A stretch of DNA of 64,000 bases, taken from Trichodelitschia bisporula (taxonomy: Eukaryota). Below are positions 14,297 through 25,194 of this stretch, in pieces. The DNA is taken from the NCBI GenBank assembly GCA_010356995.1, contig ML996693.1, forward strand, positions 682,001 to 746,000. The letters run 5' to 3'. The translations under genes were made by a program, and so were the position numbers. The notes under the pieces were generated by a model that was not told the DNA's origin, searched no databases, and saw only the letters and a program-made list of their open reading frames with translations. The stretch's first letter is position 1. Every line of letters begins with the position of its first letter.

Positions 14297-17200
14297 TCAG
14301 CCATCTAATTCCGCCTCCAGCTCTGGACTGATGTAGTCGCGAATTCGCTTCCGGTTCTTCATGTTGAGCGCTCCATCGCGCCAAGCCGTTCGAAGTTGCT
14401 TGAAAGCATGTCGATCGCCGTCGGTGGGTTCGTTACGCACAAGCTCGACATAGTGGCGCGCGACGACAAGGCGTATGGGGTCCTGAAGAGCAAGAGCTTG
14501 GCCGTAGAAATGGATGAGGTTGTTTCTGCCCACGTACGAGCCTCGGCTAACTGCATCTTGCTCCGCGAGACTCTTAAACTCGTGATACATACGCGCATTG
14601 AAATTCCTAACAAGAAAATGGGACCAAAATTGATAAAGAACGTCCATGTCGTAGGGGCAGGGCGTGCTCCCGGGTATGATGCGTTCTTCAAGTGCATGGG
14701 CGCGGAAGTTGGTATAAAGCTCAGAAAAACTGTCAGGTGGGCGCTCATGAGCAGAAGCGCTTTTGTCTTTCATATAGATTGATGGTTGATGACCCTGGGC
14801 TCCCTCCTCGGAAATGTTGCTGTTGATCCTAGAAAGCTTGCGGCCCGACTGACGCCGGTCAAATTGTGCCAACAGATCCTTGGGGACAGGCGATTTACGT
14901 GACTCAAGCCTACTGAAACGTTGCGTTAGACTTGGTTCGGCAATCATGTAGCCGTTCTCCTGGCTTACTCGTGAGCCGCATCGGACCCATTTGGACCGGT
15001 GCTGGCTGCGCCCTTTGATATTTGCGCGTCGGGGCCGCTGGACAACGTGCGGGCACCCGCTGTCTCTGTAGAGGCCTTTGCTTCCTTTTTCCGAACGAGG
15101 ATCTTCAAGCTCTCCGTCTTTTCATCCGAGAACAGATCAGGTTCTTGCTCCGAAATCCCGTTGACAGGAACAGTGCCCTGAACAGCCGGAGACATGGTGG
15201 AAGCACCAGAACCCTTGACCATGTGCGGATCTGCCGAAATGCTGGTGGGTGACGGCTGAAACGTTCCAAAACCGGCGACATCAGCAGATCCATCAAGCCC
15301 ATACCCGTTGCAAAGCGGCTGGGCCCCGTTCACTGACTGGAAGGGTACCGCTCCGGCCGAGACTGGACCGGAAGGGACGCGCCTATGCATCTGAAGGCGC
15401 GGATCGAATCCCTGAGGTTGTGGAATCGGGGGCATATGAAGCACTTCCGGTCCGGCGTTCTGAGCGCTAGGGTCTCTATCGGCCATAGGAAGCGGCCACT
15501 TCTCCCATCCCTCACGAGTCCTCAGACGATCTTGGCCATCAGCACCGATTCTATGTTCAAGATTCGGAGACTGCTGGCAGACGTGCTTGATCAGCTCAAT
15601 ATCTGAGGTCAGAGACTTGACGCGATTGAAGTCGGCGATGACGCTAAGGAGCACAAAGCCCTGCGAATCCATGTGCTTGCGAAGATAGATGTCTTTGCAC
15701 AAGTTGTCGACAGAGAAGTAGTACTCCCTGTGAGATGTAAGTATGAGCCAGGAGCAAGGCAAAGGTTTGGGAAACTTACAGCTGGGTGCTAACCATGCCC
15801 ATCACCGAATAGATCTCCATGTAAGGAGAGACTTGTACAGCCGACATTGGCACCATGCCCGGATACTCGTAACCAGTATTTGAAGCCATGAAGGTATTCA
15901 ACGGATGCATGAGCGGATTTCCAGGGAAGCCGTTGGCGCCACGGAATGGACCATCAGCCGGGATGGATTGAGCACGATTCGGCCCGTTGCGGAATCCACG
16001 ACCAGGCTGAGGCCCAGCACCGTAGAAGCCGTCAGCTTGGTAGGTCGGGGAGCGGGGGAGGCCGAACGAGGGAGGTTGGGCAGAGGATACGCCATTCACA
16101 AACTGGTGACTACTGCCGTGATAGGTGTGCGCACCACTGCGACCTCCACGGGCACCACCGCGTCCACGGTTGTCCACCCGCTCGCGGTTGGGAAACGACG
16201 GATACGGATTACGCCGTTCAGCAGAGTTGCCTTTGAAGGCAGATTCGGGACCAGCACCCGCCTTCTTCTCAACACCCTCCTTCGGCGATCCACCTTCATC
16301 CACCACGGACGCCTCCGTATGCTTCTTGTCGCCATTAGTCCAAGAGCCATCTTGACGGCGCGGCTGCCGAGAGCGGGATTGAAGATTTTGGCGGGAAAAG
16401 GTGCTGTGCTGCGGGCTGGTAACAGTGTTGAGCAATTCATCTTCCCCAACTCTCGAAGTCTGCGCTTCCGCAGAGGGATCTTTTGTGCTAGTCTCCCGGG
16501 CATGGCCAGCAGAACGAGTGTCCTTCCGCGACACCGGGCTCCCGCTGCTCGCACGCTTGGTTCGAGCTGGAGACGAACTCCGAGCAGCTCGGCCGCGGCG
16601 CGGATGAGTCTCGCCGTTCGTCAAAGGCGCCTGGGAAGGATGCGCCCGATCTGCGGGACCAGTCGACGCGAACACACCACCACGATTGCCAGAGTCCTTT
16701 CCGCCCCGACTCCCAGTCCGACCCCCACGCCTAGAATTCGCGTTGGGTAAGGGAGTGTTGAAGACCACTGTTGGAGTAAAAGCCAGTGTGACCCACGCAT
16801 TCTTGCCTTTGGATGCAGCCGGCGGATTGGTCTCCACTGGTTCCTTCTCTGCCTTTTCTGACTTTGGCTGAACCTTGCGGCGCTCATCTTGCAGGCTCAA
16901 CGGAGTCGGCCACGATTCCTGGTCGCGCATCGAAGGAAGAGGTGCAGAGAGACTACCCTTCTCAGCTCCGGATGCATTGACCTGTTTCCTGCTCTTCTCC
17001 GATTCGTCACCAGACCGCCGCTCACGCCGAGGCTTCAGCTTCTCATCTTCCGACGCTTTTCCATGTCGGTGTGTCGTCTCCGGTTCCCCATTTATTATCT
17101 TCTTCGAACTGGCAGTCGACGGGGCTTCAACAGACTTCTCCGTGGGCTGTCCAACGGCAGGATCGGAACCGGTCGCCGTGCTGCCTTTGGATTTGGCCTG

Positions 17201-17779
17201 CTCGGCGCGCTGTTTCCAGACGTTCACGGGCGGAGGAGGAGCATCCTGCAGCGGCTTCGTCCAACGGTCCTTGTCTGCCTGCTTCTTCTTCTCATGTTGG
17301 GGGGCCTTCTCGGAATCGGCGGCCTTGTCGGCGATGTTTGACGTTTGTGACTTGTTCTCCCAAGTGGACTCCGATGAGGCATTAGGCAGTGACGATGTGT
17401 CATCTTCTCGAACCAGGGTGGAGGTAGACGATGCACCAAACTCGGGCGAGGATGGACCAGTGGGTCCGTTGGATTCGAACGCGGAATTTTGGATGGACAT
17501 CTTCGATGTGGGAGACTGTACGTCCGCCGTCGCTGCTTCAGAGGAATCGTTCGGCTTATGCTTTGCCTTGCTGTCGGTATCGTCGACGGGAGCGGATGAC
17601 AAAATGGATTCCGAAGCCAGGTTCAGCGGAGCAATGGCATCCTTTGATGGGATGGTAGACCTCGTCACAGATTTGGTCGGTTGTGCAACGAGGCTCGGAG
17701 CAGCGGCACTCTTCGCAGCTTGCGCATAGGAAAACGGCGTAGCCGCCACCGACTCAGATTTTGACGATGTTGACGTCAT
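14297..17779 (-). CDS. La-related RNA-binding protein (LARP1/Sro9-like) with La motif and C-terminal DM15 region, 3 exons
   Basis: Exons correspond to ORFs 15776-17779, 14965-15762 and 14297-14947. La motif EYYFSVDNLCKDIYLRKHMDSQGFV; PPPPVNVWK and SWPTP motifs; RGG boxes; DM15-like DMDVLYQFWSHFLVRNFNARMYHEFKSLA. Confidence 0.9.
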
Positions 17780-20115
17780 TAGGACCGACGAGTGAATGTG
17801 TATTGGTTCGGGCGTAGGTCAAGAAAGATCGGAGGGCTGTCTGCTTGCTCGGATTCCGGATGATAGCCAAAGGACTACAGAAAGCAGCTGGTGATGCGCA
17901 GCAGTCACCTAGCTCAAACTCCGACGCCCGGAGAGGTACTGGACGACGCCCTCCCCGAACCTCCTCAAAGTCGCTGAGCGACTAAGCCCCTGATGTGGAG
18001 GCGAGAGTATTCTGCTTCTGGTCCCAAGCGCGAGATTTGTAGAGTGCTTTGTGGCGCGACGGCGCGATGTCGAAACGCTATCGCAGTCGCAGATCCGATG
18101 CACAGGTCGTGCGACGCGCGACACGCCAGTGAATGGCCGAATCCGATTCGTGCTCAAAGATGCGGCGAGGAGTTGTCGATCGCGAGGATGTCTACGACAC
18201 AAACGAAGTTAGCACGGTGATGCAATGGAAGACAGCGGAGACAGGATGTTCAGTTACAAAGGATGTCGAAGAGGAGCAGGGCGAATTCACAAAACTGTGT
18301 GGGGGGTTGGGTGGCAACGCAAACGCCGGCGAGCGAGAGCGAAAGTGATGTGATCTGCAGGTACCTTTCACTGAACGCGCCAGGACCCAGGTACACACTG
18401 CGACAAAAAAATACAGGCTCGGCTTCCGGCGGCAGACAGCAAGCAGGAGGCTGAACGGTATGGTTTAAAGCAGATGTAATCAGGCTTGCTGGAAGACTGT
18501 GCGTAAGGTGGGGGGGAGGGAAGGCGAGAGGAGGGGAAGATGGATGAGTCGGAGCTCAACAAACAAGAGGAAGTGACAATGGCAATGGACGTGCTGCTGG
18601 AAGGTACAAGGCGAGGGGAGGAGCTTACTGACCTGTATGAGACTGTGGATAAGGTAGGGAAGCCGAGGACGAAGAATTGGAGGTTGAGTGTGGGTGCGGA
18701 AGGTGCACTTGAGGAGGGGGGGGAAGAGTGCGGGTTGTGTGTTGTGGTAGTGTGTGTGTGGGATTTGGCCGTGCGGTCGGTAGCCGTGGGCAAGAATCCA
18801 GGCGCTACTGGGATAAGATATTTGCCGCAGTAGTGGGCCTTTTTTTTCGTTTGGCCGCACCGCAAGGGAACCCACGAAAAGAAAGGTCCACGAAGCGTCA
18901 GGGAAGGAGAATAGAAGCTGAGCTATGTCGTGAAATTCTCGACTACTTTTGCGTAAACTTGAAGTAGAAGCGGCGATGGTTGCAGCGAGAGAGAAGGAAG
19001 GGTTGCGGATGGTGGAGGGGTGGGGTGGTTGTTGAAGAGGTGAGAAGCAGAGGTGAGGGGTGGAGTTTGGGTTGGAGGGGGAAAGGGTGAAGGGAGAGAA
19101 AGGTGAGTTGCAGGTCTTGGGGTTTGCAAAGGGTTGGGCGAAGAGGAGGGAGAGTGTTGGATGGAAGAGTGAATGCGTGAGACGCGCGGAATTGTTGGTG
19201 TAGGATGGCAAAGGATGACGAAGGGGAGGATGGCAGAGAAGAAGAAGTCGAAGCAGATATGGAGGACCTTTGTTGCTTGAGGGAGGGAAAGAAGAAGAAG
19301 CGCGTTTAGTGAGCAATAGGTGGCAGAGAGAAGACGAGGCAAGACGGAGTGATTGATGAGTGATGCCTGAGCCTAGAAGCGATTTGCGAGGGGAGGGATG
19401 ATGTAGTAGGTAGTGGTAGGGTGAACGATGAAAAGCTGAACGACACAGTCCGCGTTCGCTCTCCCGCTTTGATGGGTGATGGTTGACGGTTGACGGCGAC
19501 TGTTGACTGTTCGACTGATAGAGCAACAGTCCTTCTCACTCAACTCCTCTCTTTTCCTGACCCGAGAGAAGAGGTGGTAAACGTACTTCGTGTACTCGTA
19601 TGTACTGTGGTATGTATGGGTGTGTGGAGTACTCTATGGGCGAGTGGTGTGAGAAGAGTGTATGTGTGGGTGTGCCCTTTGCGCAAGAATTTCCCCGTCG
19701 TCGACCTTTGACCCAAGGAATGCCCAAGTTCTTCCAACAACCACCCGATAATCACGCCAAAGCTGAAGATCCGTCCGACCAGTTGAAAAGCTCTGATAGC
19801 TGATGTGAACCTTCACCAAGAGATAAAAACCAGAAATAAAAGAAAAGCCCTGAAGTTGGAGCTTGTATTCGGTATGTCATGCAGCTCGCCCCTCCCTTAG
19901 TCCAAAAGAAAAATCCTACCGGCCGCACTGCAGAGCACCAGAATGTGTGAGGAGGTGGGGATTGCTCCGCAGACCCGCGCATGCCGCGCTATGTATATCC
20001 TACCCTGACATTGCACACTGACATAGAGAGGGATCCAAAGAGTACGAAAAGAAAAGAAAAGGCCAAACCGGCCGAGTTTGGCATCAAGTCATAGGACAGG
20101 ATTGCATACTGTTGG

Positions 20116-20159
20116 TAGGATGGGGTAGGATGGGATAGGATGGGATAGGATGGGATAGG
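20116..20159. repeat. Tandem 10-bp repeat (TAGGATGGGA) x about 4.5
   Basis: taggatgggg taggatggga taggatggga taggatggga tagg is directly visible. Confidence 0.9.
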
Positions 20160-21697
20160 CTGGATTCCATCCATTCTGCCCGTCATACATCCCGCAACTT
20201 TGAATAGGACATCATCTCCCCGAGATGCCATCAACCACCTCCGGCTGCTCGCTTTCGAACACTCTTGAACCAGCGTCCCATCTATCCCTCAGGAATTATA
20301 TTCTTCAGTTCAGAGTACATTGAGCCATTGCAAAGTGAGCACCGACCTACGGAGGTACTGTACTTACCCACCACCCGTCCACTTTCTCTCCTCTAACCTT
20401 ACCCGTATCCTTTCTTCCAACCCTCCCATAGTCCCATCGCCAATCGGTAGGCTCACCCACCCTACGCTACATACCAAACTCAATATGTCCAGACAAACAC
20501 TCTCACTCATTCACAGGCAAGTGAGCTCCGAGTATGCCTAGCTAGTTACTGCCTGGCCACGGTTAGCTAGCTGTTGCAGGCCCGAAAAGGGACCAACAAG
20601 CTTCAGCCCGCACGTGAACCCCCCGTTTCATATTACACACTCTTTATACTTCCGAGTAATTGCCTGCCGCAGAGAGCCGTCCGTTGTCCGCGGCTCCGCT
20701 AGAATTCCTCTCGTTTCCTCTCATCCAGCCTCGAGGGGCCTCCCTAGCCGAAGCACAATCAAATCCGTCCCTCTCATCTTACTCAACTGATGGTCTCCCT
20801 CCACTCTCGCCCCCTCGCCCCGGCACCCTCCCCTTTGTCGAACAGCTCGGTACCGATGGACATTACCTTCTAAATGATGACTATATGCTCGACGTCCCTT
20901 GAGCAAATATCCGCAAACCTCCACCTCACGAGTCATTCCCAACGGACTGGGCCGAATGCCGCGTAGCTGCGGGTATATGATGGCATTTCCAATAATGCCT
21001 GACTGCGATCCCCGGCCCGGTCAGACCCGCACCTCTTGGTAGCGCCGCCTCAGCCTTTCCGTCGCCAGTCGGCACTTCGTCGCAACACCGTTTCTTCATC
21101 GTCGACAAAAGCTTAACATTCATCTCCACCCTCAGTGGCCATGTACCTGCTGCCCTTTCCTATTGGTCCTACCGCCGTGCTGCACCAACGGGCCCTTTTC
21201 AGCCCAAGCATCGTCATCGGGACGCCGCCATGCACCTTGTTAAGATTTTCTCAAAAAGCATCGACCCCGCACGTGTGATTCATATTTCTACCGCTCATGC
21301 ACAGCTGGCTCCACGACACCAGAAATGCTTCATCAAACGCCATGCTAGAGCCTAGGATGTTTTTCGCAGCCCTAGTCCACTGTACATTGCCTCCGACTTC
21401 TGGAAACCCTTTTGCTCTGGGGAAGGACGCCCATCCTCCGAGCAGATGGCCGGGATGCCCCCCGTATAATGGCTCCGCAGTCAAGGAGAACAATGTCGGC
21501 CTCTGGGCAATCTTTCTCCAGCCACTAGCCGCTTGGAGTCGCCAAATACCCATGTCCTTTGAAACCGAGAAGTCAGACAGCCTCGTCGGCACTTGAGCCC
21601 GCAAAAGCTCTCCCCTCACCAATGGCCTGGCTTCACCTGCTGCGATAGGTCGCATGAAACCCAGCTGCAGCGTACCCCGCATTTTCCTATTTCGGGA

Positions 21698-23447
21698 CTA
21701 CTTCCAAAGCCACTTGCGACACTGCTCCGCCCCGCATCGACATGGGATGGAGTCCGCAGCCTCTTCCTTGGCTCCATCCTCGTCGGCTGCTCCGTCGTAG
21801 TCGAGATAGTCGAAAGTGAGCTCTTCGAAAGGCGGAATGTCTCGTATGGCGAAGAATGCGATGTCGTAGAGGTACGGGTCATTCTTGTTGTACGACACAA
21901 CGTACTGCCGGCAGTTCGGCTCGCAGGAATGGTTGATGAAGCGGGTGGGTCCGCCAAAGTACTCGCCATCAACCTCGTATAGCGCTCCACGGCCCTCAAG
22001 GACTTGGTCGAACTTGTCGAGCTGGAACAGATACGACTCCTTTCCCTTGCCCGCCGCCTCCAAACGCCCGTTCGCGACTTCCTTCGTCACGATCTCTCCG
22101 TGGTACACATCGATAAACTGTCCTCGGCGTAACCCTTCCGTGCAACGGAGGCCTAAAGAGAGGTAAGCATGTAGCCATGTGCCTTTAAACAACATACCCC
22201 AGCCTCTGGTTGCAGTCTTGAAAATCTCGAGTCCCACCTGCCGCCCGTGCTGTACCATACGGGTCTTGCATATGGGTCCGCAAATACACCTCTCGTTGCA
22301 CTCGTAGATCGGATATCTCGAGTCGAGGTACGCAGTTACTAAGATTCCTTGCTCTCTAGAGTAAGGGAAACGCTTCGGTAACCCAAGCGTGCTGCCTCCC
22401 TGCCTGGTGATTTTGTCCAGCTTGACTCTTTCGCCCTCAGTTAGCTTTGACACATTTACTTCCGCGTACTCCAAGCACTCGCAAAGCTTGGTGTATTCGC
22501 AGCCACAAGCAGCACCCATGTTCTCACGACAGCTCACGCAACCTTCGACCGTCCCGGGGTCGGGTTGGTGGACGCCTTCCCGGTAGATGTACTGGTTTAT
22601 GAATTCGAATTTCAGGGGTGGAGTCGACAAGTCTTTCGTGTTGACGAGCCTCACGGGCTTCGCGCCTCGTAACGCAAGAAGACGCCGAATAAACTCGTAT
22701 CGGATCTTGTACTCGGCTGCGCTTGTCCGGGCCATTGTTGCCGCCACAATCATCGCCGACGTCGGAAAGTCAGTTGTGTCCACTGGGTCCTTACTCTACT
22801 TTACTAGTCAGAAAAATAACCCTTTAGCTTAAGCGACGATAGACTGACCGGTTCTGCCGTAATAAACCCATCCTTGACAACAATATCACAGTTGAAGGTC
22901 TCAAGGGTTGCAGGCTTAGCAAAGGAGCCATTTAGAGAATCCGAGGGGGGAGTGAGGGGGGGCGGCGATAGAGCGCCAGCCATGAGGCTCTTAGGTGGCA
23001 AAGAGCGGCACGTAGGCTCTATATAAGAAGGTGACTTGCGCTTTAGGGGATTCTGACCGCCTGCATTATATATAGCCGGCGTAGGAGCCAGTCGGTGGCG
23101 CCGCCATTTTCCTTCTTGTATCTTCTCAACGTATTGCTGGACCAGATAAAGAGGCGAATTCGTCCCATCTTCCGGCCTAGCAAGCTCGCCGATCGGATGC
23201 CAAGAGTAAGGCTGACGACCTGTCGGGAAGTTGCCGGCCCACTTGACAAGATACTGCTCATCCTAGGACTGTGGTAAGCATCCGGCAAGGGTTGTACGGG
23301 ATCTAGCTCGGACCTACCCCATCTCGAATCCGATGACAGACTATATCCGTGATCTAACAGCAATTGGAGGTTGGCAACTAAGAAAGGTTGCGCGATTCTT
23401 GAACTTACGTCGTGTCCACGGACATATTTCCCAGGGAATCTCGGCAT
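21698..23447 (-). CDS. clr4: Histone H3K9 methyltransferase (Clr4/DIM-5/SUV39 family) with N-terminal chromodomain-like region; 5 exons, about 513 aa
   Basis: Pre-SET cysteine cluster (GCVSC...CECL...YECNERCICGPIC), SET motifs RGWG, RFINHSCEPN, ELTFDY, and post-SET CRCGAEQCRKWLW. Proposed exons 23447-23409, 23353-23318, 23262-22849, 22795-22198, 22152-21698 sum to 1542 nt, in frame. Alternative in-frame ATG at 23471. Confidence 0.92.
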
Positions 23448-23599
23448 GGTGATAACAACGACCGGTGGCATCGCGCCGAACCCGAACACCTCTGAATGCG
23501 CCTAAGCACATGAAATTATTAGCCTTATTCCAACGCACCATCTCGTATATGGGACTAGATAACATTCTTAAAGAAAACCCAGTGAATTGGCGTTGCGAG

Positions 23600-24062
23600 G
23601 TGCCTCCGTATTCCAGTTTAAAAGCAGAACGTGTTATCGACCCCTTAGCTCGAGCTTAAAGTATCGTCGGCCAAAGTAGAGGAGCGATTTTAGGTTAAAA
23701 ACAAGTTAAAATACGTACTATTTCGTTACTAGTCGCTTTACTAGCCGGGTTTCACCTTTAGAACAACAAATATGTCTAGAAAAAGAGCGTAGAGAGGACA
23801 TTAGAGTTGGCTACTAGAGGTATGTCGTTAGAAAGCGTGAAGTTGAATTCCCCGCTAAGTTATTATTTTAGGTAGGCTCCGTCCCGCCCCGCTCCGCTCC
23901 GCTCTAATAATGCCAAGTCTTCTGCTTAAACTCGAATTTATCATTCGAAGAAGGCTAAATAGCTCGATACGTTTAGCTAGAAGAATTATAGCCGAATGTC
24001 TTCAACATCTCTTAGTTAAAGAGGCATAGCGAGATTAATGCTTAGAGATATCGAGGCTTAAA
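23600..24062. mobile_element. AT-rich RIP-mutated repeat/transposon relic (element family unrecognisable)
   Basis: Approximate hand count over 23641-24060: TpA ~46 vs ApT ~27; CpA+TpG ~20 vs ApC+GpT ~37. This is the pattern expected from repeat-induced point mutation. No ORF and no clear TIR or LTR seen; boundaries approximate. Confidence 0.5.
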
Positions 24063-24090
24063 CGGGCCAAGGAAGCCGCTCATTGGGGCA

Positions 24091-24172
24091 GAAATTTTTG
24101 GCGATCGTTCATGTGCTGAGACCCTGCCGGCGTTAACCACTCACAGTGGACTTGACGTGGTCTTATCGATAA
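24091..24172 (+). promoter_or_regulatory. RRPE-like element (GAAATTTTT) and palindromic TTATCGATAA site upstream of RRP1
   Basis: gaaatttttg at 24091-24100 and ttatcgataa at 24163-24172, 80-160 bp before the RRP1 ATG. RRPE is the known ribosome-biogenesis promoter motif. Confidence 0.4.
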
Positions 24173-24254
24173 CGCGCAACTTCAACTTTTTGCCAGACAT
24201 TGCGGCGGCGTGAAGAGCATCATCAGCGATATTCGCCTTTAGGTTCCAAGTACC

Positions 24255-25121
24255 ATGACGACCACCGCGGCGAATAGTAGCTTTCTTAAGCAGCTGGGTT
24301 CAAGTGGTGAGTGCACAGCAGCAATCCATACAGATAGCATGCCCTCCTAACTCGACACAGACAAGCGGAAACGAGACCATGCCGTCGACAGTCTCCGTAA
24401 CTTCTTGCAACATCGCAATCAACTGGACGAGCTCGAGCTTCTCAAACTGTGGAAGGGGCTCTTTTACTGCATGTGGATGAGCGACAAGCCTCGGAACCAA
24501 CAGCGGCTCGCGCGCGATTTGGCGGGTCTGGTGGACATCGTTCACCACGATACGGTATTGCCGTTCCTCGATGCTTTTTGGAAAACCATGGCTAGGGAAT
24601 GGAATGGAATTGATGTGCTTCGGTAAGGCGCGCTTTGCTCTGCTGCATGCACCGCCTAATCTGTGGCTAGGATGGACAAATTTCTCTACCTGGTTCGTGT
24701 CTACCTCCAGGCCTCGTTCCGCCACTTCGCAAAGGCTGGCTGGAAGGAGACGAGCCGGATAGACGAGTACATGGAGATTCTCAAGACGACGCCACTGAAC
24801 GCAAAGAATGCCAGAATTCCGAATGGCATGCGGTACCACATGCTTGACATCTACGTGGATGAGCTAGATCGGGTGGATGAGGATAGGGAGGGGAAGCTTC
24901 CGCTTGAGATGCTGCTGGCCCCAGTCAAAGCCCTTGCAAAGGATAGCCCCACCAAGAGTGTGAGGGAAAGGGCAAAGATGGCTATGGAGGATGAACGACT
25001 GAAGGACTGGAGTAATCCTGGTGGCGCAGAAGAGCAGGCCAATGCCGCAGAACAAGTTGAAGCTGGTGAGCCCAAAGAGGCGATAGGTGGTGGTGAGGAA
25101 TGGTCAGGATTCGACGATTGA
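24255..25121 (+). CDS. RRP1: rRNA processing protein RRP1/Nop52, 3 exons
   Basis: MTTTAANSSFLKQLGSS/DKRKRDHA; LLKLWKGLFYCMWMSDKPRNQQ; REWNGIDVLR/MDKFLYLVR; IPNGMRYHMLDIYVDEL. Introns 24307-24360 and 24623-24670. Confidence 0.93.
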
Positions 25122-25194
25122 CCTTGACTTGTATCTAATCTAGTCTGCAAATATACCCCTTGTGCATACCTAAGCCGCGACTCCGAACTCACAC

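Noticed and set aside
15905..17729. Long + strand ORFs (281 and 284 aa) and similar antisense ORFs over SSK2, SGM1 and Cdc11
   Set aside because: Antisense shadows of real GC-rich coding exons.
18480..19526. 348-aa minus-strand ORF rich in S/P/L/H
   Set aside because: Best explained by C/T-skewed low-complexity leader sequence, which rarely contains stop codons; no domain recognised.
20874..21002. Possible C/D-box snoRNA (ATGATGA...CTGA)
   Set aside because: No terminal stem and no guide complementary to rRNA that I could recognise.
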